DNA from: an uncultured Gammaproteobacteria bacterium
GTDB lineage: Bacteria; Pseudomonadota; Gammaproteobacteria; JAURND01
Direction of reading: 5' to 3'
Length of the DNA stretch: 64,000 nucleotides
Assembly (NCBI GenBank): GCA_963714975.1
Contig: CAVQQD010000003.1
Location: 672,001 to 736,000 of the forward strand
Positions 1 to 10,644 of this stretch are shown piece by piece. Under the pieces are notes generated by a model. It did no database searches. It saw nothing but the letters and a program-made list of their open reading frames with translations, and had not been told where the DNA came from. The first letter of the stretch is position 1. Every line of letters begins with the position of its first letter. The translations under genes and the position numbers were made by a program.

Positions 1-348
1 ATTTTGGGTTTTCCTGCAATCACTATTCGTCAGGCTCACGAAAGACCAGAGGGCATGGATGAAGGAACTTTAATTATGTCAGGCTTAAAAGCAGAAAACG
101 TATTAAAAGCTATTGAAATTATGACTGCTATCCCAGGGGGAAAAAGAATTAATAAAAAAGTAGTTGATTATGATGTAGATTATGTTTCACACAAGGTTTT
201 GCGAATCATTTTAAGTTATACCGATTATGTCAATCGAGTTATTTGGTATAAATCAAGCCAGGAAGTAGTTAGAACGACTTCCGAGGGAAGAAAATATGAA
301 GTTTCCGATCAGCAGGCTGAAAAATCGTTTAATAGTCTTTGCCCATGA
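1..348 (+). CDS. UDP-N-acetylglucosamine 2-epimerase family (WecB/FnlC-like), C-terminal part, truncated by the window edge
   Basis: PAITIRQAHERPEGMDEG and SYTDYVNRVIW match the C-terminus of FnlC/WbjD-type epimerases; polysaccharide gene context. Confidence 0.8.
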   Translation: MLGFPAITIRQAHERPEGMDEGTLIMSGLKAENVLKAIEIMTAIPGGKRINKKVVDYDVDYVSHKVLRIILSYTDYVNRVIWYKSSQEVVRTTSEGRKYEVSDQQAEKSFNSLCP

Positions 349-2161
349 TGTGTTCGTTATTCCATTGGCCTGGGTTGTTGCCTATGGACTGCATTTTAAC
401 TTAGGCTCCATCCCTCTTGAAAGCTTGCGGCAAGCAATTAGCTTATTACCAATACTCATTTTTGTGCAATTGTTGCTGTATGGGCTTTTCGGTCTGCACC
501 GTGGTGTCTGGCGATTTGCCTCATTACCGGACTTAATGCGGATTGTTAAAGCAGCCATTGCCGGGGTAACTATCAGTGCGTTAATTCTTTTGTTTGATGG
601 TCATCTGCTGCAAATTCCACGTTCCGTTTTTCCATTGTATGGCCTGTTGTTAATTGCTTTACTAAGTGGTTCAAGGCTCATGTATCGTTGGTCGAAAGAT
701 CGTCGTACGTTTGGCGGGAAAAGGGTGCTGGTTGTGGGTGCGGGCCAAGCAGGTGAAGGAATAGTTCGCGATCTAAAACGTAATGCTGAAAAATATCACG
801 CTATTGGTTTTGTGGATGATCGCCGATCTAAACAGGGGCGGGAAATTCATGGCATAAGAGTTTTAGGTAAAGCAGCCGATATCCCAGAAATGGTTAAACG
901 CTACCATATCGATATGCTCATTATTGCCATGCCGTCCGCTTCTTCTGCAGATATGCGGCGCATTGTTGGTTATTGTGAAAAATCCGCAGTGCCCTTTAGG
1001 ACATTGCCAGGATTAAAAGACTTGACGAGTGGCAGTGTCAAAATTGATATTCTGCGCAAAGTGAGTTTAGAAGATTTATTAGGTAGAGAACCGATTGTCC
1101 TGGATTGGGTGGGTATTCATCGTGGTGTTGATGAGAAAACCGTGCTTATTTCAGGCGGAGGCGGGTCTATTGGCGCTGAATTATGTCGACAAGTGGCGCA
1201 ATTATCTCCTAAAAAATTGCTCGTGATTGAAAAAAATGAATTTAATCTGTATTCGCTCGAATTAGAGCTCAAACACAAATTTCCGCAGATTGATTTTTGC
1301 GGTTATTTAGTTAATGTGAGAGATCAAGTAGCGGTGCAAGAAATATTTCGGCAGCATTTGGTTGACGTTGTATTTCATGCAGCTGCTTATAAGCATGTGC
1401 CGATGTTAGAAAATCAATTACGCATCGCGATGCTTAACAATATTTTGGGGACCAAAATTCTAGCTGAAGCAGCGTTACGTGCTCAGGTTAAAAAGTTCGT
1501 ATTGATTTCCACTGACAAAGCAGTGAATCCGACAAATGTCATGGGCGCTACTAAGCGCGCAGCAGAAATATTTTGTCAAAATTATAATTTATGCTCACAG
1601 ACGCAATTTATTACGGTACGCTTTGGGAATGTTTTGGGGTCTGCAGGCAGTGTCGTTCCGCTTTTTCGTCAACAAATTGAGCAGGGTGGCCCGGTTACAG
1701 TTACTCATCCTGAAATTACTCGTTTTTTTATGACAATTCCTGAAGCAGCGCAATTAATTTTGCAAGCAACTATTATAGGTAAGGGGAGAGAAATTTTTGT
1801 ACTGGATATGGGGAAGCCAGTGCAAATTCGTTATTTAGCGGAGCAAATGATTTTATTGGCAGGTTTAGTGCCAAATGTCGATATTGAAATTCAATATACT
1901 GGCTTACGACCAGGTGAAAAATTGTATGAAGAATTATTTCATGAATCAGAATTATTAAGCACTACTTCCCATGAAAAAATTATGCAAGCATTTCATCGAG
2001 CGCAAGATTGGTGTGATTTGGAGCAAATTCTCAAAGAAATTGAGATTGCCTGCGGGAGCAATAATCACGAAAAATTAGCGCAATTACTTTTAGCCTTAGT
2101 GCCGGAGTATCAAGGGAATTGCGTCGAGCCCTTGCAGGTACCGCTCGCTGCAGTATCATAG
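296..2161 (+). CDS. Nucleoside-diphosphate sugar dehydratase, CapD/WbpM/PglF family
   Basis: N-terminal TM helices; VGAGQAG; GGGGSIG; HAAAYKHVP; STDKAVNPTNVMGATK; RFGNVLGSAGSV; GLRPGEKLYEEL. Confidence 0.95.
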   Translation: MKFPISRLKNRLIVFAHDVFVIPLAWVVAYGLHFNLGSIPLESLRQAISLLPILIFVQLLLYGLFGLHRGVWRFASLPDLMRIVKAAIAGVTISALILLFDGHLLQIPRSVFPLYGLLLIALLSGSRLMYRWSKDRRTFGGKRVLVVGAGQAGEGIVRDLKRNAEKYHAIGFVDDRRSKQGREIHGIRVLGKAADIPEMVKRYHIDMLIIAMPSASSADMRRIVGYCEKSAVPFRTLPGLKDLTSGSVKIDILRKVSLEDLLGREPIVLDWVGIHRGVDEKTVLISGGGGSIGAELCRQVAQLSPKKLLVIEKNEFNLYSLELELKHKFPQIDFCGYLVNVRDQVAVQEIFRQHLVDVVFHAAAYKHVPMLENQLRIAMLNNILGTKILAEAALRAQVKKFVLISTDKAVNPTNVMGATKRAAEIFCQNYNLCSQTQFITVRFGNVLGSAGSVVPLFRQQIEQGGPVTVTHPEITRFFMTIPEAAQLILQATIIGKGREIFVLDMGKPVQIRYLAEQMILLAGLVPNVDIEIQYTGLRPGEKLYEELFHESELLSTTSHEKIMQAFHRAQDWCDLEQILKEIEIACGSNNHEKLAQLLLALVPEYQGNCVEPLQVPLAAVS

Positions 2162-2170
2162 GGAAATACC

Positions 2171-3520
2171 ATGAAAAAGCAAATTACTATTTATGGTGCT
2201 GGTTATGTCGGCTTAGTCACGGGAGTGTGCTTGGCTGAACTTGGCAATCATGTGTTGTTAATCGACATTGATCCCACTAAAATTGCTAACTTAACGCGCG
2301 GCATTTTACCGATTTTTGAACCCGATTTGGCAGAAAACCTTAATCGTCATCGTAAAAATAAACGTCTGCGATTTAGCACCGATCATCGAGAAGGTGCTTT
2401 ATATGGCTTATACCAATTTATTGCTGTGGGTACGCCTTCTGCAGCGGATGGTTCTGCACAGCTGGATCATGTCTATACGGTGGCTAGTCACATTGCCGAG
2501 CATATGACCGAATATCGCCTCATAGTGAATAAATCGACTGTTACTTTAGGAACCTCGAGAAAAATTAAGGAATTAATTCAAAATAAATTAAGCGAGCGTG
2601 GTTGTTCGATTCCCTTTGATGTCGCTGCTAACCCTGAATTTTTGCGGCAGGGTGCTGCACTTGCTGATTTTTTGAAACCCGATCGGATCATTATTGGTAG
2701 TGACAGTAAGCGTGCTATTGCGTATATGCAAAAACTGTATCGACCTTTAGATGAAACTGGTCAGCGATTTATCATCATGGATTCGACATCAGCTGAATTG
2801 ACTAAATATTGTGCCAATGCTTATTTAGCTGCACGCATTAGCTTTATGAATGAAATGAGTCAAATTGCTGAACGCTTTGGTGCAGATATCGATATGATTC
2901 GCCGAGGAATGAGTGCAGATCAACGCATTGGTTCGCATTTTCTATATGCTGGCTGTGGATTTGGAGGCTCTTGTTTTCCGAAGGATGTGCGGGCTCTGCG
3001 ACACATGGCTGAGATCTCTTCTTGTGATGTGCCAATTCTGCGCGCCATTGAGCAAATCAATGAGCGACAAAAACGCATCTTGTTTGCAAAGATATCGCGT
3101 TATTTTGATGCAGAAATTGCCGGGAAAAGAATAGCAGTATGGGGTTTGTCTTTTAAGCCGAATACTGATGATATGCGTGAAGCGCCAAGTCGCACTCTAA
3201 TTGACTCCTTATTGGAGGCACAGGCTTATGTACAAGCCTACGACCCGGCAGCATCCAATATCGCGCAAAAAATTTATGGTCACCATCCCCAGTTTAGTCT
3301 CCATCAAACTCAAGAAGAAGCCTTAACGAATGCCGATGTGTTGGCTGTGGTAGCAGAATGGGATCAATTTCGGCATCCAGATTTCATGTTGCTCAAAGAA
3401 AAATTACGTTATCCTGCGATTTTTGATGGAAGGAATATTTATGCGCCTGAAGACTTAGCGGCGCATGGGATTCGCTATTACGGCATTGGCCGAGGAGATA
3501 ACTCTAGTATTAAAAGATGA
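2171..3520 (+). CDS. ugd: UDP-glucose 6-dehydrogenase
   Basis: GAGYVGL, AVGTP, NPEFLR, GFGGSCFPKD, FKPNTDDMRE, DGRN motifs. Confidence 0.93.
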   Translation: MKKQITIYGAGYVGLVTGVCLAELGNHVLLIDIDPTKIANLTRGILPIFEPDLAENLNRHRKNKRLRFSTDHREGALYGLYQFIAVGTPSAADGSAQLDHVYTVASHIAEHMTEYRLIVNKSTVTLGTSRKIKELIQNKLSERGCSIPFDVAANPEFLRQGAALADFLKPDRIIIGSDSKRAIAYMQKLYRPLDETGQRFIIMDSTSAELTKYCANAYLAARISFMNEMSQIAERFGADIDMIRRGMSADQRIGSHFLYAGCGFGGSCFPKDVRALRHMAEISSCDVPILRAIEQINERQKRILFAKISRYFDAEIAGKRIAVWGLSFKPNTDDMREAPSRTLIDSLLEAQAYVQAYDPAASNIAQKIYGHHPQFSLHQTQEEALTNADVLAVVAEWDQFRHPDFMLLKEKLRYPAIFDGRNIYAPEDLAAHGIRYYGIGRGDNSSIKR

Positions 3521-3575
3521 GTATATTTGTTCACATTTTTAATAGCAGAGAATTTAGTTACAACAGGAGAAGGGA

Positions 3576-4343
3576 GTGGATATTGAAAATCAAGTGGCTG
3601 TCATTAGTGGTGGTGGCTCTGGCATGGGCGCGCAAACGGCAGAGCACTTAGCTAAACTAGGCGCGAAAATAGCTATTTTAGATCAAGATCGGGTAAATGC
3701 AGAAAAAATAGCAGCAATGACACAGGGCATGGCTATCCACTGTGATGTGACGCAGGCTTCCGAGGTAGAGCAAGCGTTTGCACAAATTGCGCAAACAGCG
3801 GGAATTCCGCGAATTATCGTGAATTGTGCAGGGATTTGTCCGGCTGCACTCATTGTTAATAAAGAAGGCCAGCCGATGGAGTTAGCAGCGTTTAGTCGGG
3901 TTATTCAGGTCAATCTCATAGGGACGTTTAATGTCATGCGAGTGGCAGCAGCACAACTGACTACATTACCATCAATTGGAGACAGCGAGGAAAGAGGAGT
4001 TATTATTAATACTGCTTCGATTGCGGCAGAAGAAGGCCAAATAGGACAAGTTGCTTATAGTGCCTCCAAAGGGGGAGTGGTATCTATGACCCTCCCTGCA
4101 GCCCGCGAACTGGCACGTTTTGGCATACGCGTCTTAGCCATCGCCCCTGGCCTCGTGGAAACACCGATGTTACATAGTTTGCCAGCGAAAGTTCGCGAAA
4201 ATTTAATTGCTAATGTTCCTTTCCCCAAGCGGTTTGGCAAGCCAACTGAATATGCACATTTAGTGCAGCATATCATCGAAAATGTGCTTCTGAATGGTAC
4301 GGTGATCCGTTTGGATGGGGCGCTGCGAATGCCGGCAAGATAA
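3576..4343 (+). CDS. SDR oxidoreductase, 3-hydroxyacyl-CoA dehydrogenase type II (HSD10-like)
   Basis: SGGGSGMG, VNCAGI, ERGVIINTAS, GQIGQVAYSASKGG, RLDGALRM. Confidence 0.9.
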   Translation: MDIENQVAVISGGGSGMGAQTAEHLAKLGAKIAILDQDRVNAEKIAAMTQGMAIHCDVTQASEVEQAFAQIAQTAGIPRIIVNCAGICPAALIVNKEGQPMELAAFSRVIQVNLIGTFNVMRVAAAQLTTLPSIGDSEERGVIINTASIAAEEGQIGQVAYSASKGGVVSMTLPAARELARFGIRVLAIAPGLVETPMLHSLPAKVRENLIANVPFPKRFGKPTEYAHLVQHIIENVLLNGTVIRLDGALRMPAR

Positions 4344-4352
4344 GGGATGCGA

Positions 4353-5129
4353 TTAGGAGCTTTTAGCCTCCAAATTCGCAAAATCCATTAGCTCTCGATC
4401 CATGAGTTGGCTAGGACGGACAGTACTTAAGGCATGTAAAATATTGCTAGGTACTTTGGGATTTTCCCGTGCTAGGGTGTCAATCAGCAGTTTCACTCGC
4501 TGGCGGGCAAGATTGTCTTGCGAACCACATAAATTACAAGGGATAATCGGGAAGGCTTTTTCTTGCGCATAACTAATAATATCTGCCTCTTGGCAATAAG
4601 CTAAAGGTCGAATCACAATATGTTGTTTATCGTCGGTTAGCAGCTTAGGTGGCATACCGCTGATGTTGCCGCTATAGAGAATGGACATTAGCAAGGTACG
4701 AATTAAGTCATCGCGATGGTGCCCCAAGGCAATTTTAGTAAATCCATGCTCTTTGGCATAACGATATATAATCCCCCGGCGTAAACGCGAGCATAAAGAG
4801 CAATAGGTATTGCCCTCAGGAATTTTATCAATCACGATCGAGTAAGTATCTTTGGTTAAGATTTCATGAGGTATTTGTTTTTGTTCTAACCAAAGCCGCA
4901 GTTTTGAATCATCCCAGCCCGGCTGTGCTTGATCGAGAGTGAAGGCAAAAATGCTGAATTTATTATTGGAACGTAATCTTAGTAAATTAAGTAAGCTCAA
5001 TAAAGTAAAGGAATCTTTTCCACCTGACAGGCAAACCATCACCTTATCGCCAGTTTGGATCATATTAAAATCGGCGATTGCTTTTCCGGTATAGTGCAAT
5101 AATTTTTTTTCTATTTTACTTTCAACCAC
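4353..5129 (-). CDS. ttcA: tRNA 2-thiocytidine(32) synthetase
   Basis: SGGKDS PP-loop, [23 protein letters not shown]; start placed at GTG 5129 to avoid overlap with the upstream MFS gene. Confidence 0.93.
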   Translation of the reverse strand: MVESKIEKKLLHYTGKAIADFNMIQTGDKVMVCLSGGKDSFTLLSLLNLLRLRSNNKFSIFAFTLDQAQPGWDDSKLRLWLEQKQIPHEILTKDTYSIVIDKIPEGNTYCSLCSRLRRGIIYRYAKEHGFTKIALGHHRDDLIRTLLMSILYSGNISGMPPKLLTDDKQHIVIRPLAYCQEADIISYAQEKAFPIIPCNLCGSQDNLARQRVKLLIDTLARENPKVPSNILHALSTVRPSQLMDRELMDFANLEAKSS

Positions 5130-5142
5130 GATAATTTTCCCC

Positions 5143-6651
5143 CTAATATAATTTATGTTGTGGCAGGTTCTTCGCAATGAACAGTGAGAGGACGCAGAGC
5201 AATGCTGTTACCCCCATGGCTACACTAAAACCCAAGGTATAAGCATGAGTTGTCAGGTAGTTTAAGGTTTCTTTCAGTCCAGGATTTAAAGTTGCGGGAA
5301 ATATTCCTGCAAGCATTGCATCTAAGTTAATATTTTGTAGCTTGGTTAAATCCTTTCCAGCGGCAGCTAAATTCCGATTTAATTGCCAATGACTCAGGGC
5401 TGTTATCAGTGTTCCTACGATGGCCAAGCCAATAGAGGAACCTACTTGTCGTGCTGCATGTGCAGTGCCAGAAGCAAGGGCGCGTTTATTTTCTGTTACA
5501 GTAAAAATGATGGAAGATAAATTGGCAATGTTTATCATAGGTGAACCGCAACACATTAAAAAAAAGCCTGGTACCAGCCACCAAAAATTAAATTTCCAAG
5601 CAAAAATAGTGGTCCATAAGGTGCTAATTAGCATGAGTGAAATAGCAATTAGAGAAGGCATACGTGGTCCATAACGATCTAATAAGCGGCCAGCAATGGG
5701 TGAGATGAAGAGTATGGGAATTTGGGGCAATAACATCAACATACCTGCCTTGGCTGCAGGCATTTTTAGTGCATATTGTAAATAAATCACCCAAAAAATA
5801 CTGCCCATCACAATCGTGTTGGCTAGAAAAAGTATGAGGGTGCTATGCAGAAAATGACTGCTTTTAAACAGACTAAGGTCTAAAAAAGGGTTAGGATGAT
5901 TTTTATTGGCACGTAAGAAAAGTATTCCAGAAATAAAACAAAGTATAAAACTTATGAGAACTTCAATTGAAAACCATCCCCAAGAGGTAGCTTGCATTAT
6001 AGCAAATACGAAGGTAATTAAACTGGTCGAGAGCGTGACAAATCCAAACCAATCGAAGCGGTTTTTGCTAGGAGAGGGGCTACTTTTTTGGACATTCAGT
6101 AAAATTACAATAATGGCAAATACTGCTAAGGGAACGTTGATCCAAAATATCCAGCGCCAACTAAGATATTGTGAGAAGACTCCACCGAGAGTGGGGCCCA
6201 GCAAGAGAAAGATTGAGGCTATTGATACATAGATCCCAGAAATTTTACCGAACTTGTTGGTGTCTGCTACGCTACGTAATAGTGGGGCTGAAGCAGGTAT
6301 CATAAAGGCTGCGCCAATACCTTGGACAGTACGAGCAATAATTAACCAAATGTCGTTAGGAGCACAGGCGCAAGCAATTGAGGATAAGGTGAATAGAGTC
6401 ATTCCACTAAGATACATTTTACGGTGGCCAAAACGATCGGCTATTTTACCGCCGAGTATTACCAGGGTTGCTATTGTGAGAAGATAGGCATTGATGATCC
6501 ATTGCAAACCATTCAGTGAGGCATGCAAGTCTTTTTGAATGGTGGGTAGAGAAACTGGCAATGCAGTTTGATCTATGAAGGTCATTGCCAAGCCAATTGA
6601 TACAGCAATGAGAACCCACCAGTTGATAGGGGCAGCAGTCGTTTTTGGCAT
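5143..6651 (-). CDS. DHA2-family (14-TM) MFS efflux transporter
   Basis: [10 protein letters not shown] motif [28 protein letters not shown]. Confidence 0.9.
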   Translation of the reverse strand: MPKTTAAPINWWVLIAVSIGLAMTFIDQTALPVSLPTIQKDLHASLNGLQWIINAYLLTIATLVILGGKIADRFGHRKMYLSGMTLFTLSSIACACAPNDIWLIIARTVQGIGAAFMIPASAPLLRSVADTNKFGKISGIYVSIASIFLLLGPTLGGVFSQYLSWRWIFWINVPLAVFAIIVILLNVQKSSPSPSKNRFDWFGFVTLSTSLITFVFAIMQATSWGWFSIEVLISFILCFISGILFLRANKNHPNPFLDLSLFKSSHFLHSTLILFLANTIVMGSIFWVIYLQYALKMPAAKAGMLMLLPQIPILFISPIAGRLLDRYGPRMPSLIAISLMLISTLWTTIFAWKFNFWWLVPGFFLMCCGSPMINIANLSSIIFTVTENKRALASGTAHAARQVGSSIGLAIVGTLITALSHWQLNRNLAAAGKDLTKLQNINLDAMLAGIFPATLNPGLKETLNYLTTHAYTLGFSVAMGVTALLCVLSLFIAKNLPQHKLY

Positions 6652-6775
6652 AGTGGTGAAGTATAACTAAGTTTCTAGGGTGAAACCACTGACTTACTAC
6701 CAAGATCAGACATTAAGGAGGTTCATCCTTTTAAGAATTCTGGGCAATTTCATGATATATCAACGATCGGCACGC

Positions 6776-7450
6776 CTACGCAGCGTATTCGATTACTGGC
6801 ATTTGGCTGAATTTTCCATTTTCTACAATTCGTGCAATCCGAGCGCATGTGGTATTTAAAACGTCCCAGCCCTTTTCTTGGATCGAAAATAATCGTTCGA
6901 GTTGATGCTTGGATATGTGGCACAATAATTCTTTTCCCATGTTTTCATGGGCTTCGTCGGCTTCCGCATGGATTTTAAAATAATTGGTTTCCCCATATTT
7001 GTTCATTACCTTATGAGCTTCCTGGAAAAAAACATTGGCACTGGCTTCTAATACCAGATGCACCAAAACGGTTTTTTCTTCATCGTTGAGCGAGAGCATT
7101 TTCCAAGCAAACCAACAGCTGGTGGATTCAAGGATGGGATCCCATAAAGCAGGCTGAGAATTTCGATCTTTAAGTAAAGACAAGTTATGGCCAAATTCTT
7201 CATTGAGATGTTCATTAGCCACAGAAAAAAATTTTAGATTATCACAAAAAACACTACGTAACATGACAACTTTTTGGAACTGGTCAGAGAATACTTGGAT
7301 ACAATCAAGCATGAGTTGTCTTACGGTTTTGTCCCGCATTTTTTCGCTACGAATTAACACCATTAGAGGATTGTTTTTATATTGCGTAATAAAATTTTGA
7401 TTTTCTTGTAATAGGGTGTTTAGATTAAAATCTTTAGGGTCTAAAAGCAT
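6776..7450 (-). CDS. Heme-oxygenase-like (TenA/PqqC/HDO superfamily) iron-containing redox enzyme
   Basis: All-helical protein with HLNEEFGH, LEASA and HAEADEAH metal-ligand patterns; start at ATG 7450. Confidence 0.65.
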   Translation of the reverse strand: MLLDPKDFNLNTLLQENQNFITQYKNNPLMVLIRSEKMRDKTVRQLMLDCIQVFSDQFQKVVMLRSVFCDNLKFFSVANEHLNEEFGHNLSLLKDRNSQPALWDPILESTSCWFAWKMLSLNDEEKTVLVHLVLEASANVFFQEAHKVMNKYGETNYFKIHAEADEAHENMGKELLCHISKHQLERLFSIQEKGWDVLNTTCARIARIVENGKFSQMPVIEYAA

Positions 7451-8571
7451 ATTTCGATATCTCAGGGTCAGGTGAAAGAATATTAGATAATTCTCCATCC
7501 TTAGAGGACATTGTTCCCTGCGATTGTTCAATTTCTTGGATAATTTTTAATGTATCATCTGGGTGCATTATCCAAGGAAATAAGCTGGATGGATCATCAA
7601 AACCATCCGCTAAGAGGTTGGCAATAGGCTGTGATCGGGAAGCTGCACTGAGTAATGCCACTACATGAGGTGCGGGTGGCATCAGCAAGAGATGCGACCA
7701 TTTCGTCGCCCATTTGCCGCAGAATTTCCAATACTGCTCAAAAGTGTCGTGCATCCATCGTTCATCAAAAGGTTTCTCTCCATGCTCTTGAATTTCTTTT
7801 GCATATAAATCAGCTGCTTTAATAGCATTATTCGCCCCTTGTCCGGCGATAGGATCATTAAGTACCACGATATCTCCTATGCCTAATGCCGATTTGCCAC
7901 AAGGCAAGCGAATGATAGGATGTCGCACTACGGGGGTATAGCTGCCTACTAATGTCGCTTGATTATCAGTAAGAACAGCTCTTTTACAGCGTTCAAATTG
8001 CCGAGGGATATAGGTCTGCAATAAATTCAGGGCTTTTTCCAGTCGTTGTGAGGGGTTCAAGTTATGCCAAACATCGAAAAGCCCCACCAGGGATGCCTTC
8101 AAACAGCATCATGTCACATGATCCGCTTAAAGTAAGTCCTGGCATAATAAAAAAATCACCTACTTCGGGGATAACGTGGGCATGTACCCCACTAAAATCT
8201 TGTTCGGGTTCCACACCATGCACATATAAACACGAAAGTATCCGTTGTGGCTTATCAAAATGAGAACGGACGCGATTTCGTGGAAACATTTTGCTAATCT
8301 CCCCCTTGCCGCCAGCCACCACGGTCAATTCATGCCATTTAGCAATAGTATTTAACCGTTCTGCCCCTACATCCTCTATATGTAGTGATCCACCACGGCG
8401 TTGAAATTCTTGCATCAAAGTAGAAAACTTTAAGCGTTGATCGACTGCTTGGTAGGGTTTTCTGGTGCGTCCTTTAAAAGATATTAAGGTTTTTTTTTCC
8501 TGTGGTTCGATTAATGAGAATGCTACGGTATTATTTTTAGGCGCTGATTTTTCCCAAAAATCAATCCCTAA
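7434..8571 (-). pseudogene. Styrene/indole monooxygenase (StyA-like) flavoprotein, N-terminally truncated and frameshifted
   Basis: Reads LGIDFWE...AVDQRLK...EFQRRGG...GKGEI...FEGIPGG, then after a 1-nt frameshift near 8075-8085 continues FDVW...NDPIAGQGANNA; the N-terminal GxGxxG region is absent. Confidence 0.8.
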
Positions 8572-8585
8572 GGGGAGAAGGGATT
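8566..8585. repeat. Half copy of the CCTTCTCCC-N-GGGAGAAGG REP-like palindrome
   Basis: ccctaaggggagaagggatt equals the right half of the copy at 23160-23185. Confidence 0.6.
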
Positions 8586-8588
8586 TAT

Positions 8589-9761
8589 CTAATCCCCGCA
8601 GGCCGCTGCAAATGCAAAAATAGTCATCGCTTGATCGATTTCTGCCTCCGTGATGATATAAGGCGGTAAGAGGCGAATAGTATTATCCCCCGCAATATTC
8701 ACAATGAGGCCTTGTTCTTGACAAGAGGCCAGCACTTTTCGTGCATCAATGCTCAACTCCACGCCGAGCATAAGTCCGAGGCCACGGATTTGACTGATCA
8801 CATTGGGCTGGTGCTCTTGCAGTTCCTCGAGCTTTTGGCGTAAATATAAACCCAGTTTATTAACTTGTGCCAGGTAATGTTCCTTGATTAAGCGAATAGT
8901 TGTCAGAGCTGCTTGGCAGGCTACGAGGTTGCCTCCAAAGGTAGAGCCATGATCTCCAGGCTGGATAGTTTGTGCTAACTTTTCTGTGACACAGACGGCG
9001 CCAATGGGCAGGCCGTTAGCCAGGCCTTTAGCAAGGGTAATGACATCAGGCCTGACGCCAAAATGCGAGTAGGCAAAGAAATCCCCCGTGCGTCCTAAGC
9101 CACATTGCACTTCATCGAAAATTAATAGAGCGTCGAATTGATCACAGGCTGCACGGACGGCATTGAACAAACCCGCGGGAGGCACGCGAATGCCGCTTTC
9201 TCCTTGAATGGGCTCTAAAATGACCGCAGCCGTGTTTTCATCAATATGGCGACAAAATTCAGCAATATCCTCCCAATCTGCGGACAAAAAACCTGCAGGT
9301 AAAGGTCCAAATCCCTCTTGAATGCTGGGTTTGGCGGTAGCTGCTAAAGCCCCCAGAGTGCGGCCATGAAAGGAATTTTTAGCACTTAGAATGCAGTTTT
9401 TCTTGGTTCTACCCTGGACCCACTGATACTTACGCGTAAATTTAATCGCCGCTTCATTGGCTTCAGCTCCGGAATTGCAAAAAAAGATTTTGTCTAGACC
9501 CCCATATTGCACTAAGGTTGCGGCGAGGTGCTGACCAGGCAGGGTATGGAATAAATTGGAGGTATGCACTAACTGCTGCAATTGCTCGATAGCTGCTTGA
9601 TTCACTTCGGGGTGGCAATGGCCTAGAGGAGTGCAGGCAATGCCACTGAGAAAATCTAGATAGGCTTTACCCTCAGTGTCGTAAACATAGGCTCCCTTGC
9701 CGCGGACGAGGGTAATAGGGTAGCGTGCATAATTGCGTATTAAATAGGTTGCACTGTTCAT
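8589..9761 (-). CDS. argD: Acetylornithine aminotransferase
   Basis: FCNSGAEANEAA, FHGRT, EPIQGESG, DEVQCGLGRTG, LAKGL, HGSTFGGN; arg operon context. Confidence 0.93.
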   Translation of the reverse strand: MNSATYLIRNYARYPITLVRGKGAYVYDTEGKAYLDFLSGIACTPLGHCHPEVNQAAIEQLQQLVHTSNLFHTLPGQHLAATLVQYGGLDKIFFCNSGAEANEAAIKFTRKYQWVQGRTKKNCILSAKNSFHGRTLGALAATAKPSIQEGFGPLPAGFLSADWEDIAEFCRHIDENTAAVILEPIQGESGIRVPPAGLFNAVRAACDQFDALLIFDEVQCGLGRTGDFFAYSHFGVRPDVITLAKGLANGLPIGAVCVTEKLAQTIQPGDHGSTFGGNLVACQAALTTIRLIKEHYLAQVNKLGLYLRQKLEELQEHQPNVISQIRGLGLMLGVELSIDARKVLASCQEQGLIVNIAGDNTIRLLPPYIITEAEIDQAMTIFAFAAACGD

Positions 9762-10636
9762 TGTAAAATCATCGTCCCTATACCTTGGTCAGTGAAAATT
9801 TCCAACAATAAACTGTGTTGAATGCGGCCATCTAAAATGTGCGCACAGTGAATTCCTTGCTGCAAAGCATACAGGCAGGCGCGTAACTTTGGAATCATGC
9901 CGCCAGTAATTTTGTTGGTTTGTAATAATTCTTCCACTATAGACCTGGTAATGGTGCTAATTCGCGTATTGGGATCCGTGGGGTCAGCATATAATCCATT
10001 CACATCACTGAGCAATACTAATTTCTCCGCCTGTAGTGCACCTGCAATAGCTCCGGCAACAAAATCCGCATTGATATTGTAACTGACGCCGTTTTGATCC
10101 ATGCCAATGGGCGCAATTACCGGTAGAAAATTTTTGTCGAGCAAGGTTTTTATCAGCGTGGTATCTACCTGCGCCACCTCTCCCACAAAACCAAGGTCCA
10201 CTGCAGCTTGAGCGCCTTGTGTCGCGGGCTCTGCCTTGCGTGCTTGTAAAAAGCCAGCATCTAATCCAGAAAGACCCACCGCTTGCACGCGATGCGTATT
10301 TAACATCTTGACTAGACTGGCATTTACTTTACCTAGCAGCACCATTTGGGTGACTGCCATAGTTTCCTCATCGGTAATGCGCAGCCCTTGATGGAATTTC
10401 ACGGGTAATTGCAGGCGTTCACAATGTTGCGATATTTCTGGCCCGCCACCATGGACAATGACGATACGCATACCACAAAAATGCAGCAAGGCAATATTTT
10501 GCATCACATTTTTTAATGGCCCTGTATCTGTCATCGCAGCACCGCCATATTTAATTACCACGATTTTTCCATAAAAGCGTTGGATGTACGGCAATGCCTC
10601 GACTAAATTCGCTGCTTTATAGGTTGGTTCTTGCAT
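9758..10636 (-). CDS. argB: Acetylglutamate kinase
   Basis: EALPYIQRF, IKYGGAAM, VHGGGP, NINAD, GGMIPKL, LLEIFT. Confidence 0.96.
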   Translation of the reverse strand: MQEPTYKAANLVEALPYIQRFYGKIVVIKYGGAAMTDTGPLKNVMQNIALLHFCGMRIVIVHGGGPEISQHCERLQLPVKFHQGLRITDEETMAVTQMVLLGKVNASLVKMLNTHRVQAVGLSGLDAGFLQARKAEPATQGAQAAVDLGFVGEVAQVDTTLIKTLLDKNFLPVIAPIGMDQNGVSYNINADFVAGAIAGALQAEKLVLLSDVNGLYADPTDPNTRISTITRSIVEELLQTNKITGGMIPKLRACLYALQQGIHCAHILDGRIQHSLLLEIFTDQGIGTMILQ

Positions 10637-10644
10637 AAAAAATC

